Assembly: GCA_965199715.1 (NCBI GenBank)
Contig: OZ241322.1
Span: forward strand, 160,001-224,000
DNA: 64,000 nucleotides
From: Vicinamibacteria bacterium
Lineage (GTDB): Bacteria; Acidobacteriota; Vicinamibacteria; Marinacidobacterales; Marinacidobacteraceae
Reading direction: 5' to 3'
Made by a program: the position numbers and the translations under genes. Each line of letters opens with the position of its first letter. The first letter of the stretch is position 1. The notes under the pieces are model-generated. The model was not told the origin of the DNA. It did not search any database and was given only the letters and a program-made list of their open reading frames with translations. Of the stretch, positions 25,254 through 35,200 are shown piece by piece.

Positions 25254-25366
25254 GGAAGTCCCGCCACGGCGCCGTGGGCGGCGGGGTCATTCAAGAGTCG
25301 TTCTCGCTTCACTCATGCCGGAAAGTCGGAAGTCCCGCCACGGCGCCGTGGGCGGCGGGGTCATTC
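25254..25366. repeat. 39-bp perfect direct repeat pair flanking a 35-bp unique insert
   Basis: GGAAGTCCCGCCACGGCGCCGTGGGCGGCGGGGTCATTC at 25254-25292 and 25328-25366, with internal palindrome CCACGGCGCCGTGG. The second copy overlaps the stop codon of the S9 peptidase gene. Confidence 0.9.
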
Positions 25367-27328
25367 CGTCCGGTACTTGTCGAACCAGGCCACGATGTTC
25401 TGGATTTTCGCGATCAACTGGCTCGGCCTGCGGCTCATGTCATGGGACGCGCCGGGCAGGCGGACGACCGCCGTGTCGATTCCCTGGAACTTCAGGGCGT
25501 GGAACAACTGGTAGCTCTCCGAGAGCGGGGTTCGCAGATCGTCGGCGCCGGTGAGGATCATCGTGGGGGTGGTGACGTTGCCGGCGAGCGAGAGCGGCGA
25601 GAACTTCCAGTAGGGCTCGGGGTTCTCCCACGGCAGGCCCTCGTAGCGGCTGAAGTAGTAGCCGTACCAGTTGTCCGCCGTGAGCGTCTTGCTGATCCAG
25701 TTGACCACCGGCTTCTGCGAGACCGCCGCCCGGAAGCGGTCGGTCTTGCCGACGATCCACGCGGTCAGGATGCCGCCGGCGCTGCCGCCGGTCACGAACA
25801 GGTTGTCCTCGTCCACGTAGCCGCGCCCGATCGCGGCGTCCACCCCCGACATCACGTCGTCGTAGTCGTTGCCGGGGTAGTTGCGATAAAGCAGGTCGCC
25901 GAACTCCTCGCCGTAGCTCGTGCTGCCGCGCGGGTTCGTGTAGAGGACGACGTATCCCGCCGCCGCCATGAGCTGCATCTCCGCCGAGAAGCGGTCGCCG
26001 TAGTTGGAGATGGGGCCCCCGTGGATCTCGAGGATGAGCGGGTACTTGCGGCTCGGGTCGAAGTCGGGCGGCTTCACGATCCAGCCGTGGACCGGCCTGC
26101 CGTCGAACGAGCTGTCCCACCACAGTTCCTCGACCTCGCCGAGCGTCCGCTGCGAGAGCAGGTCCTCGTTGAGCGAGGTGAGTTGCCGGACGGACTGCCC
26201 GGGAGCGCCGACCGAGAGTTCGCCGGGCATGCCCGGAGTGCTCTGGTTGAACGCGAACGCGCCGGTGTCCGCCACCGAGAACGAGCCGCCGCCGTAGGGC
26301 CGCCCGTAGGAGGTGCCGCCGAGGCTCTCGCCGAGGATCGCGACCTCGCCGTCGAGCGTCGTGAACGCGACCTTGGAGTTGCCCTCGTCGTCGTACTGGA
26401 AATAGATGCGGTGTCCGTCCGCCGCCCAGACCGGGTTCGATACGCTGCGGTCGAGGTCCTCGGTGACCACCCGCGCGCCGCTGCCGTCGAGGTTCATCAC
26501 GTGCAGGCGGCTCACCTGGTACGTCCGCACTCGGTCGTCGTAGCCCACGAACGCGACCTGGCTGCCGTCGGGAGAGACGGCGGGGCTGTGGTCGGGGCCG
26601 TTTCTCGTCGTCAGCGCCCGGATTTCGCCGCCGTCGATGGGGGCGAAGTAGAGCTCCGAGTTCCGGTAGTCCATGACCCAGTCCTCGTTGCGGTTCGCCG
26701 AGAACACGAGCCCCGCACCGTCCGCCGTCCACGCCGGCGCGCTCGCGTGGTGGAAGTCGCCGGTCGTGACCTGCCTCGGGGTGCCGCCCGAGACCGGGAG
26801 CACGAAGACGTGGCTGTAGCCGAAGTCGAGGTAGCCCACGCCGTCCTGCCGGCTCTTGAAGCGGTCCTCCATGATCGGCGGGTCGGCCCAGTCGGCGCCC
26901 GGCGGCGGGCGGGGCGGGGCGGCGAGCTGCGGGGCCGGGTAGGGGACCAGCATGTTGAACGCGATCCGCTCCCCGTCGGGCGACCAGCGGATGTTCCGGG
27001 GCGCCTCCAGAAGCTGCGTCAGCGTCGCCGATTCGCCCGTGTCCATCCAGCGCAACTGGATCTGGCCGCCCGAGCTGTACGCGAGGCGGGTTCCGTCCGG
27101 GGACCAGCGCGGCGAGGAGCCCTCGGCGAGGCGGCGGTGGCCGGTTCCGTCGGCCCCGACGATCCACAGCTCGGAGCGCCGCCGGTCGCGCATGACGTCC
27201 ATCGACGTCCGCACGTACGCGATCTCGGTCCCGTCGGGCGAGATCTGCGGGTCCGCGGCGAACTCCAGTTGGAACACGTCCATGGGCTGGAACGGGATGA
27301 GGGCGGCGAAAAGAAGGGCGCCGGTCAT
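25361..27328 (-). CDS. S9 family (prolyl oligopeptidase/acylaminoacyl peptidase-like) peptidase, copy 2
   Basis: Starts MTGALLFAALIPFQPMDVF, with an ATGA overlap with the upstream paralog. Has WD40/TolB-like SPDG repeats, IHGGP, NPRGSTSYG, catalytic GGSAGG, D.RTP and C-terminal GASH. Confidence 0.9.
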   Translation of the reverse strand: MTGALLFAALIPFQPMDVFQLEFAADPQISPDGTEIAYVRTSMDVMRDRRRSELWIVGADGTGHRRLAEGSSPRWSPDGTRLAYSSGGQIQLRWMDTGESATLTQLLEAPRNIRWSPDGERIAFNMLVPYPAPQLAAPPRPPPGADWADPPIMEDRFKSRQDGVGYLDFGYSHVFVLPVSGGTPRQVTTGDFHHASAPAWTADGAGLVFSANRNEDWVMDYRNSELYFAPIDGGEIRALTTRNGPDHSPAVSPDGSQVAFVGYDDRVRTYQVSRLHVMNLDGSGARVVTEDLDRSVSNPVWAADGHRIYFQYDDEGNSKVAFTTLDGEVAILGESLGGTSYGRPYGGGSFSVADTGAFAFNQSTPGMPGELSVGAPGQSVRQLTSLNEDLLSQRTLGEVEELWWDSSFDGRPVHGWIVKPPDFDPSRKYPLILEIHGGPISNYGDRFSAEMQLMAAAGYVVLYTNPRGSTSYGEEFGDLLYRNYPGNDYDDVMSGVDAAIGRGYVDEDNLFVTGGSAGGILTAWIVGKTDRFRAAVSQKPVVNWISKTLTADNWYGYYFSRYEGLPWENPEPYWKFSPLSLAGNVTTPTMILTGADDLRTPLSESYQLFHALKFQGIDTAVVRLPGASHDMSRRPSQLIAKIQNIVAWFDKYRTE

Positions 27329-29295
27329 GGGTTGGTCTCCTGGTATGTCTTGAACCAGGCGAGCTGGTTCGCCACCTTGGCGATCAGTTGGCTCGGGCGG
27401 ACGCTCATGTCGTGCGACGCGCCGGGCACCCGCACGACCGCCGTGTCCACGCCCCGGAACTTCAGCGCGTGGAAGAGCTGGTACGACTCGGACAACGGCG
27501 TGCGCAGGTCCGCCGTGCCGGTGAGGATCATCGTCGGCGTGCTGACGTTCCCGGCGAGCGAGAGCGGCGAGAACTTCCAGTACGGCTCGGGGTCCTCCCA
27601 CGGGAGGCCCTCGTAGCGGTTGCCGAAGTAGCCGAACCAGTTGTCGGCGGTGAGGGTCTTGCTGATCCAGTTGATGACGGGCTTCTCGGAGACCGCCGCC
27701 CGGAAGCGGTCCGTCTTGCCGACGATCCACGCCGTCATGATCCCGCCGGCGCTGCCGCCGGTCACGAAGAGGTTGTCCTCGTCCACGTAGCCGCGCGCGA
27801 TCACCGCGTCCACGCCCGACATCAGGTCCTCGTAGTCGCCGCCCGGATAGGCGTGGTAGAGCAGGTCGCCGAACTCCTCGCCGTAGCTGGTGCTGCCCCT
27901 CGGGTTCGCGTACAGCACGACGTAGCCGGCCGCCGCGAACATCTGCATCTCGGCGGAGAAGCGGTCGCCGTAGTGGGCGATCGGTCCGCCGTGGATCTCG
28001 AGGATCAGCGGGTATTTCCGGGCCGGGTCGAAGCCGGGCGGCTTCACGATCCAGCCGTGGACGCTGCGTTTGTCGAAGGAGCTCTCCCAGCGGATCTCCT
28101 CGACCGCGCCGAGCTCGCGCCCGGCCAGCAGGTCCTCGTTCAGCGCGGTGAGCTTGCGCACGGCCTCGCCGGGGGCGCCGATCGCGACCTCGCCGGGTCG
28201 GTCGGGTCGGGTCCGGTTGAACGCGAACGAGCCGTCGTCCGCCACCGAGAACGAGCCGCTCGCGTAGGGAAGCCCCCACGAGCGCCCGCCGCCGCTCCCG
28301 CCGAGCGTCGCAACCTCGCCGTCGAGCGTCGTGAACGCGACCTTGGTGTTTCCCTCGTCGTCGTACTGGAAATAGATCCGGTGGCCGTCCGCCGCCCATA
28401 CCGGGTTCTTGACGCTGCGGTCGAGGCCGGCGGTCACCGTGCGCGCCTCGGACCCGTCCGCGTTCATCACCCGCAGCTCGCTGACCTGGTACGTCCGCAG
28501 CCGGTCCTCGTAGCCGACGTAGGCGATCCGCTGGCCGTCGGGCGAGACGGCGGGGCTGTGGTCGGGGCCGTTTCGGGTCGTCAGCGCGCGAATCCGGCCG
28601 CCGTCCACCGGCGCGACGTAGATCTCGGAGTTGCGGTAATCGCGCTCCCAGTCCGGCTTCCGGTTCGACGAGAAGACGAGCGCCGCGCCGTCGGGGGTCC
28701 ACGCCGCCGGGCCGGAGTGCTGGAAGTCGCCGTCGGTGACCTGGCGGGCCGAGCCGCCCTCCGCCGGGACGACGAAGACGTGATCGAACCCGAAGTCGAG
28801 GTAGCCCACCCCGTCCTGCCGGCTCTTGAAGCGGTCCTCCATGATCGCCGGCTCGGCCCACTCGGCCCCGGGCGGGGGACGCAGCGGGACGGCGAGCCTG
28901 GGCGGCGGATGCGGCACCAGCATCGTGAACGCGATCCACGCGCCGTCGGGCGACCAGCGCAGGTTCCGGGGCGGCTTTCCGAGCTGGGTCAGGACCGCCG
29001 ACGCGCCGTCGTCCATCCAGCGGAGGCGGATCTGGCCGTCGGCGACGTACGCGATGCGGGTTCCGTCGGGCGACCAGCGCGGCGACGTTCCCTCGTCGAG
29101 ACGGCGGTGCCCGTCGCCGCCCGCGTCCACGAGCCAGATCTCGGAGCGGCGGCGGTCGGTCATGAGGTCCATCGAGGCGCGGACGTAGGCGACCTGGCCG
29201 CCGCCGGGCGCGATCTGCGGGTCGGCCGCGAACTCGAGGCCGAAGACGTCCATGGGCTGGAACGGGATGAGTGCGGCGAGGAGGAGGCTGGTCAT
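27325..29295 (-). CDS. S9 family peptidase, copy 1
   Basis: Starts MTSLLLAALIPFQPMDVF; same motifs as the adjacent paralog (IHGGP, GGSAGG, GASH); ATGA overlaps at both ends. Confidence 0.9.
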   Translation of the reverse strand: MTSLLLAALIPFQPMDVFGLEFAADPQIAPGGGQVAYVRASMDLMTDRRRSEIWLVDAGGDGHRRLDEGTSPRWSPDGTRIAYVADGQIRLRWMDDGASAVLTQLGKPPRNLRWSPDGAWIAFTMLVPHPPPRLAVPLRPPPGAEWAEPAIMEDRFKSRQDGVGYLDFGFDHVFVVPAEGGSARQVTDGDFQHSGPAAWTPDGAALVFSSNRKPDWERDYRNSEIYVAPVDGGRIRALTTRNGPDHSPAVSPDGQRIAYVGYEDRLRTYQVSELRVMNADGSEARTVTAGLDRSVKNPVWAADGHRIYFQYDDEGNTKVAFTTLDGEVATLGGSGGGRSWGLPYASGSFSVADDGSFAFNRTRPDRPGEVAIGAPGEAVRKLTALNEDLLAGRELGAVEEIRWESSFDKRSVHGWIVKPPGFDPARKYPLILEIHGGPIAHYGDRFSAEMQMFAAAGYVVLYANPRGSTSYGEEFGDLLYHAYPGGDYEDLMSGVDAVIARGYVDEDNLFVTGGSAGGIMTAWIVGKTDRFRAAVSEKPVINWISKTLTADNWFGYFGNRYEGLPWEDPEPYWKFSPLSLAGNVSTPTMILTGTADLRTPLSESYQLFHALKFRGVDTAVVRVPGASHDMSVRPSQLIAKVANQLAWFKTYQETNP

Positions 29296-30173
29296 GCGAG
29301 TCGGTAGGCGAGTTCGAGTGCGTCCACGGGCCAGTAGATCTCTGGACGACCGGGGGCGCGGCAGTTGAGGACGGAGTCGCGCCACTGGGCGGGGATCGCG
29401 TCGAGGCCGTGCACGGCTCCCAGCAGCGCGCCGGCGATCGCGGCGTTCGTGTCCGTGTCGCCGCCGCGCATCACCGTATCGACCACGCCCTCCTCGAGGG
29501 ATTCGGCGCAATGAAGTTGGCGGATCGCGTTGGGGAAGGCGATGAGCACCCAGCCCATCTGGTGGACGTAGTCGTCCGGCGGGGGTTCGAAGAGCCTCGC
29601 ATCGGCGTCATCTCCGAGCCGGCGCATCTCGGCGACGACGTCCTCCGGGCCGGCGCCGGTGTGGATCGCGAAGGCGATTCCGGCGGCGAAGAGCGCGCTC
29701 GCCTGAAGGCAGACCTCGTTCGGGTGGGTGATGGCGGCGTCCTCGCGCGCCCACGCCATCACGTCCGCCGCCTCGCGCCGGGCGCCGAAGATCCCGAGCG
29801 GGCTGATCCGCATGAGCGCCCCGTTCGCCTCGCTTCTCGGCTTCGAATAGCCGTTCAGCCCGGCGCGGATCGTGTTGCCGCAGTCGAAGGGGTCGGAATG
29901 CAGCCAAGCGACGTAGCCCCGCTTCACCGCCTCCCGGTCGAAGCGCTCCAGCTCGACGAGCGACCGCGCCAGCGTCAGCGCCATCTCCGAGTCGTCGGTC
30001 GGCTGGCCCGCGAGCGTGTCGTGCGTCCCGCCGTCGGCGAGCTCCCGCACCCCGTCCGGGTACTTCGCCCGGATGCTCCGCGGGGTCTCGAACTCGACGA
30101 GGCTGCCGAGCGAGTCGCCCGCGAGCTGCCCGAGCAGGCACCCGGCGGCGCGATCCTCGAACGATCCGGCCAT
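29292..30173 (-). CDS. ADP-ribosylglycohydrolase family protein
   Basis: Motifs GCLLGQLAGDSLG, TDDSEM, NGALMRISP, THP and GGDTDTNAAIAGALLGA. Confidence 0.9.
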   Translation of the reverse strand: MAGSFEDRAAGCLLGQLAGDSLGSLVEFETPRSIRAKYPDGVRELADGGTHDTLAGQPTDDSEMALTLARSLVELERFDREAVKRGYVAWLHSDPFDCGNTIRAGLNGYSKPRSEANGALMRISPLGIFGARREAADVMAWAREDAAITHPNEVCLQASALFAAGIAFAIHTGAGPEDVVAEMRRLGDDADARLFEPPPDDYVHQMGWVLIAFPNAIRQLHCAESLEEGVVDTVMRGGDTDTNAAIAGALLGAVHGLDAIPAQWRDSVLNCRAPGRPEIYWPVDALELAYRLA

Positions 30174-30185
30174 GAACCGCTTGCG

Positions 30186-30205
30186 ACTCTAGCACCCGAT
30201 AGACT
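30186..30205. promoter_or_regulatory. Back-to-back putative -10 promoter boxes
   Basis: Minus strand TGcTAGAGT (extended -10-like) 12 nt before ATG 30173; plus strand TAGACT (30200-30205) 10 nt before GTG 30216. Confidence 0.45.
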
Positions 30206-30215
30206 TCCGGCCCCC

Positions 30216-31637
30216 GTGATCCGAGTTCCCGTCCTGCGCTGGGGCAAGCCCTACCGGAGCCTCGAAACGCAGACGGTCTCGCACTTCCTCACCGGCGAGC
30301 CGATCGCCGAGGTCGATCAGGCGAATCCGGGGATCGTGAAGCGCGACCTGCGCCGGGCCGCCCGGGCGCGGGCGGCGCTGCGGGAGTTCCCGATCCGGGA
30401 CTTGCTCGACCGCATGCGGGTCGCCGCCCGCCTCTACATGGAGGAGGAGCTTCCGTTCGGCGAAGGGACCCAGACGCCCGACGAGTTCGTCCACGCCCAG
30501 TCGGCGACCACGGGCCTCCCCGAGGCCATGTGCCGGGCGAACATGGAGAAGAACCGTTTCGTCCTCGAGCGGATGGAGCAGGTGCTCGACGCGCTCACCC
30601 GGGGCCTGGACCTCGAGGTGCTTTCGGCGGGGCACGGGGTCGAGGAGCGCGGGGTGCCGATCTCGTACCAGGCGCAGACCCCGGCGCTCGCCTGCGTCCT
30701 GCCCTCCAACTCGCCCGGCGTCCACACGCTGTGGCTGCCGGTGCTCCCGCTCCAGATCGGGCTGATCCTGAAGCCCGGGCCGGAGGAGCCGTGGACCCCC
30801 TTCCGCATGGCCGAGGCGTTCTTCCGGGCGGGGATCCCGCGCGAGGCCGTCGCCGTCTATCCCGGCGGCGCCGACGTGGGCGCGGCCGTGGTGGAGGCGT
30901 CGCCGCGCACGCTCATCTTCGGCAGCCGGGCGACCGTGGAGCGGTATCGGGGCGACCCGTCGGTGCAGGTGCATGGCCCGGGCTTCTCCAAGATCCTCCT
31001 CGGCGACGACATCGTGGACGACTGGCGGGACCACCTCCCCGTGCTGCTCGAGAGCGTTCTCCTGAACAGCGGGCGGAGCTGCATCTCCGCCTCGGGGATC
31101 TGGGCGTCGCGGCACACCGAGGAGATCGCGGGGGCGCTCGCCGAGTCCCTCGCCCCGGTCGCGCCCACGCCGCCCGACGAGTCGGACAGCCTGCTCGCCG
31201 CGTTCACCGTGCCCGGCATGGCCGAAGCCATCGACTGCGACATCGAGGAGCGGATCGCAGGCGGCGGGGCGACGGAGGCGACCGCGCCGCTGCGGGGCGG
31301 GCCGCGCCTCGTGACCGAGGGGCGCGCCTCGTGGCTGCGGCCCACGGTGGTCCACTGCGACGGCCCCGACGCGCCGGCGGCGAACGTGGAGTACATGTTC
31401 CCGTTCGTCTCGGTAGTGCGCTGCCCGCAGGAGGAGATGATCGGGCGCATCGGCGACACGCTGGTCGCGACCGCGATCACCGACGACCCGGACTTCCGCG
31501 CCGACCTCCTCGACACCACCTCGATCGACCGGCTCAACTTCGGCCCGGTCCCGACGACGAAGCTGAACTGGCTCCAGCCGCACGAGGGCAACATCCTCGA
31601 CGTGCTCTACCGGGCGCGCGCCTTCCAGTCCTTCTGA
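30216..31637 (+). CDS. Aldehyde dehydrogenase family protein
   Basis: GTG start (IRVPVLRWGKPY). Has LPSNSPG, LKPG, HGPGFSK, NSGRSC (catalytic Cys position) and EYMFP motifs, consistent with an ALDH fold. Confidence 0.75.
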   Translation: MIRVPVLRWGKPYRSLETQTVSHFLTGEPIAEVDQANPGIVKRDLRRAARARAALREFPIRDLLDRMRVAARLYMEEELPFGEGTQTPDEFVHAQSATTGLPEAMCRANMEKNRFVLERMEQVLDALTRGLDLEVLSAGHGVEERGVPISYQAQTPALACVLPSNSPGVHTLWLPVLPLQIGLILKPGPEEPWTPFRMAEAFFRAGIPREAVAVYPGGADVGAAVVEASPRTLIFGSRATVERYRGDPSVQVHGPGFSKILLGDDIVDDWRDHLPVLLESVLLNSGRSCISASGIWASRHTEEIAGALAESLAPVAPTPPDESDSLLAAFTVPGMAEAIDCDIEERIAGGGATEATAPLRGGPRLVTEGRASWLRPTVVHCDGPDAPAANVEYMFPFVSVVRCPQEEMIGRIGDTLVATAITDDPDFRADLLDTTSIDRLNFGPVPTTKLNWLQPHEGNILDVLYRARAFQSF

Positions 31638-31638
31638 C

Positions 31639-32298
31639 GTGAGCGGCCGGGGCCTCGAGGTCTCCGGGCTGGTCCGGGAGTACCCGGTTCCCGGCGGCCT
31701 GCTGCGGGTGCTCGACCGGGTGGACCTGCGGCTCGATCCCGGCGACGCGGTCGCGGTGACCGGAAGCTCGGGCTGCGGCAAGAGCACGCTGCTGTTCGTG
31801 CTGGGGGCGCTTGAGGATCCGTCGCTCGGCGAGGTCCGCCTCGACGGGATCGACCCCCACGACCTGGCTCCCGACGACCAGGCCCGCTTCCGGCGCGACC
31901 GGATCGGCTTCGTGTTCCAGGACCACTGCCTGCTGCCGCAGTGCACCGCGCTCGAGAACGTGCTGGTTCCGACGCTGCCCGATCCTCGGCCCGACGACTC
32001 CGAGCGGGCGCGGGAGCTGCTGGTCCGGGTCGGGCTCGGCGAGCGGCTCGACCACCGCCCGGCGGCGCTGTCGGGGGGGGAGCGCCAGCGCGTGGCCGTG
32101 GCGCGGGCGCTGATCCGCCGCCCGGCGCTGCTGCTGTGCGACGAGCCCACCGGCAATCTCGACGGCGAGGCCGCCGACGAGGTCGCGGACCTGATTCTCG
32201 GCCAGGAGTGCATCATCGTGCTCGTCACTCACGACGAGGCGCTGGCGGGTCGGTTTCCTCGACGGCTGCGGCTTGTCGGCGGACGGCTCGAGGGATGA
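31639..32298 (+). CDS. ABC transporter ATP-binding protein (LolD/MacB-like)
   Basis: Walker A GSSGCGKST, signature LSGGERQR, Walker B LLCDEPTGNLD, VTH switch. Confidence 0.93.
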   Translation: MSGRGLEVSGLVREYPVPGGLLRVLDRVDLRLDPGDAVAVTGSSGCGKSTLLFVLGALEDPSLGEVRLDGIDPHDLAPDDQARFRRDRIGFVFQDHCLLPQCTALENVLVPTLPDPRPDDSERARELLVRVGLGERLDHRPAALSGGERQRVAVARALIRRPALLLCDEPTGNLDGEAADEVADLILGQECIIVLVTHDEALAGRFPRRLRLVGGRLEG

Positions 32299-35200
32299 CC
32301 CCCCGGAGCCTGCGCTACTACTGGCGCGAGCACCTCGCGACGGCGTTCGCGACTTCGGTCGCGGTCATGGTGCTGACCGGGGCGTTCCTCGTCGGCGACT
32401 CGGTCCGGGGGAGCCTGCGCAGCGCGTTCACCGGGCGGCTCGGCGGGGTGGATCACTCGGTTCTGGCGCGGCATCCGTTCCGGCAGGACCTCTCCGATCG
32501 GCTCGGGCGCGGCGCGCCGGTCTGGCGGCTCCCGGGGGCGATTCTGGGCGGGCCGCCGGTGACCGTGTTCGGCGTGGACCAGCGGTTCTTCGGGCTGCAC
32601 GGGGTCGCCGACGCTGGAATCGGGCGGGGCATGGTCCGGGTCGGCCCCGGGATCGACCTGTCTCCGGGCGATCCGGTCGTGCTCCGGGTGGACGACCCCT
32701 CGGCGGTCGCCGCGGCCTCGCTGTTCGGAAACAAGGAAGGCGGGATCACGATCCGCCGTTCCGTCGAGCCGTGGCCCGACCCGGCGCCCGGACCCGCTTC
32801 GGGAGATTTTGCGCTGTTTCCGGCGCAGGGAGCGACCCGCGCCGTGTTCGTGGGGCTCGACGACCTCGCCCGGGTCGTCGGCGAGCCCGGACGCGCCAAC
32901 GCGCTGCTGATCCGGGGGAGCCCCGAAGGGCTGCCGGACGCGCTGACGCTCGACGACTACGGGCTGTCGCTCGAGCCGTCCGTGACCGGGGAGTTCGTGC
33001 TGGGCTCGCGGGCGGTCGTGCTGGACGATCCGACGGTCGCGGCGGCGCGCCGGGCCGGGGGGGAGCCGGTCCTGACGTACCTCGCGACGCGCATGAACCG
33101 GAACCCGTATTCGCTCGTCGCCGGACTTCCCACGCAATGGCTGCCCGAAGGCGAGTTCTTCCCCGGGCCGTGGCTCGCGGACGACCTCGATCTGGCGCCC
33201 GGCGACCCGGTGCGGATCGAGTTCCTCCGCTGGGAGGCGGGCGGCTACGTCGAGGAGTCGGTCGAGCTGACCGCAGGTCCGGCGGTCTCGGACGGGGTCT
33301 TCGCGGACGGGCTGCTCGCTCCCGAGGTTCCCGGCGTGTCCGACTCGGCGACCATCGGCGACTGGAACCCGCCGTTTCCGGTGGACCTCTCGGCGATCCG
33401 GGAGAAGGACGAGGAGTACTGGGACGAGCATCGGGCGCTTCCCAAGGCGTTCGTGCCGCTGCCCCTCGCCGAGCGTCTCTTCGCGATGCGCGAGGGCCGG
33501 GCGACCTCGGTCCGCTTCGAGGAAGAGCCGGATCTGCTCGCCGAACTGGATCCGGCGCGGTTCGGGCTGGAAGCGATCCCGGTGCGCGAGCAGGGCCTCG
33601 CCGCCTCGGTCGGGGCGACCGACTTCGGGGCCTACTTCCTGTACTTCTCGTGGTTCCTGCTGGTCTCGGCGTTCCTCCTGATCGGGCTGCTCTACCGGCT
33701 CGGGATCGAGCGGCGGCTCCCCGAGATCGGCCTCCTGCTCGCTTCGGGCTGGCCGCCGCGCCGGACGACGGCCCTGCTGCTGCGGGAAGCCGCCGTTCTG
33801 GCGCTCGCGGGAGCGGTCCTCGGCGCGGCGCTCGGCCTCGGCTACGGGCGGCTCATGGTCGCTCTGCTCGGCGGCGTGTTCGAGGGAGCGATCGCGGGGA
33901 CGCTTTCCGGCGGCGGCGTGGACGCGCTGCGGTTCGTGATGTCGTGGCCCAAGTTGGCGGGCTGGGCCTTCGGTGGCGCGCTTCTCGCGTGCGCGGTCGC
34001 GTGGCTCACGGTCCGCCGCGTCGTGCGGCGGGCTCCCCGGGCGCTTCTGGCCGGCGCTCCCGAGGACCGGTCGGATTCGCGGCCGTCGCTTCTGGGCGCG
34101 GTCGCGATCGCGGGAGCGGTCGGCCTGGTGGGCGCGGTGGCGCTGGGCCTCGTCCCCGCGGTCGTCGGTTTCTTCGGGGCGGGGGCGCTGTTCCTGACCG
34201 GCTCCTTGCTCCTCGTGCGCGCCGGAGTCAGCCGCGAACTTCCCGGATCGGGCCTGGCCGGGCTGGGGTTCCGGGGGCTCTCGTTCCGGCCTGGGCGGAG
34301 CCTGACCGCGATGGCGCTCGTCGGCTTCGCCTCGTTCACGCTGGTCGCGGTGGAGTCCTTCCGCAAGCGCGAGGATTCAGGACTTCCGCCGGGGGCGGGC
34401 GGGTTCGTCGCGGTCGCCGAGACCGTCTTCGGAATCCCGTGGGACCCGGCGACGGCCGAGGGCCGGGACGCGCTCGGGATCGAGGAGTCGGACGTTCCGA
34501 TCACGCCGCTGCGCATCGCCGGCGACGAGGACGCGAGCTGCCTGAACCTCTACCAGCCGGATCGCCCGAAGGTTCTCGGCGCGCCGCCGGGCCTCGTCGC
34601 GCGGTTCCCGGTCGCCGCCGGCGATCCGTCGGCGCTCGGGAGCGGCGCGCCGGGGGATCCGATCCCGGTGGTCGGCGACCAGAACTCGATGACGTACGTC
34701 CTGAAGTGGCGGATCGGCGAGGAGCGGAGCTTCCCGATCGGGCCGGGCGGCGCGGAGGTTCCGCTCGTGCTGGTCGGGACCCTGCGGGACTCGATCTTCC
34801 AGAGCGAACTGCTCATGGCCGAGGAGGACTTCCTGCGGGCGCTACCGTCGGGCGACGGCTTCCGGATGTTCCTCGCGACCGGGGGCGAGAGGGCGAAGGC
34901 GTTCCTCGACGACGCGCTCGCCGACCACGGAGCGCGGACGCAGACCTCCCGGGAGCGCCTCGCCGAGTTTCACCGGGTCGAGAACGCGTACCTCTCGACC
35001 TTCCAGGCGCTCGGCGGGCTGGGCCTGCTGCTGGGCGTTCTCGGGCTGATCGCGGTACTGCTGCGCAACGCCCACGAGCGTCGCCGCGAGTGGGCGCTTC
35101 TCGCCGCCGCCGGATTCCGCCGGCGCGACTTCATCGCGATCGGGTTCTGGGAGAACGCCTTCGTGCTCGTCTTCGGGGTCGTCGCGGGGGCTGCGTCCGC

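Noticed and set aside
25361-28939. Apparent 1192-aa peptidase, and similar N-terminally extended ORFs (38083-40080, 41326-43710, 44554-47268, 51180-53051, 58045-61062)
   Set aside because: The extensions are out-of-frame read-through of upstream genes; the real starts are internal and mostly sit at or near the upstream stop codons.
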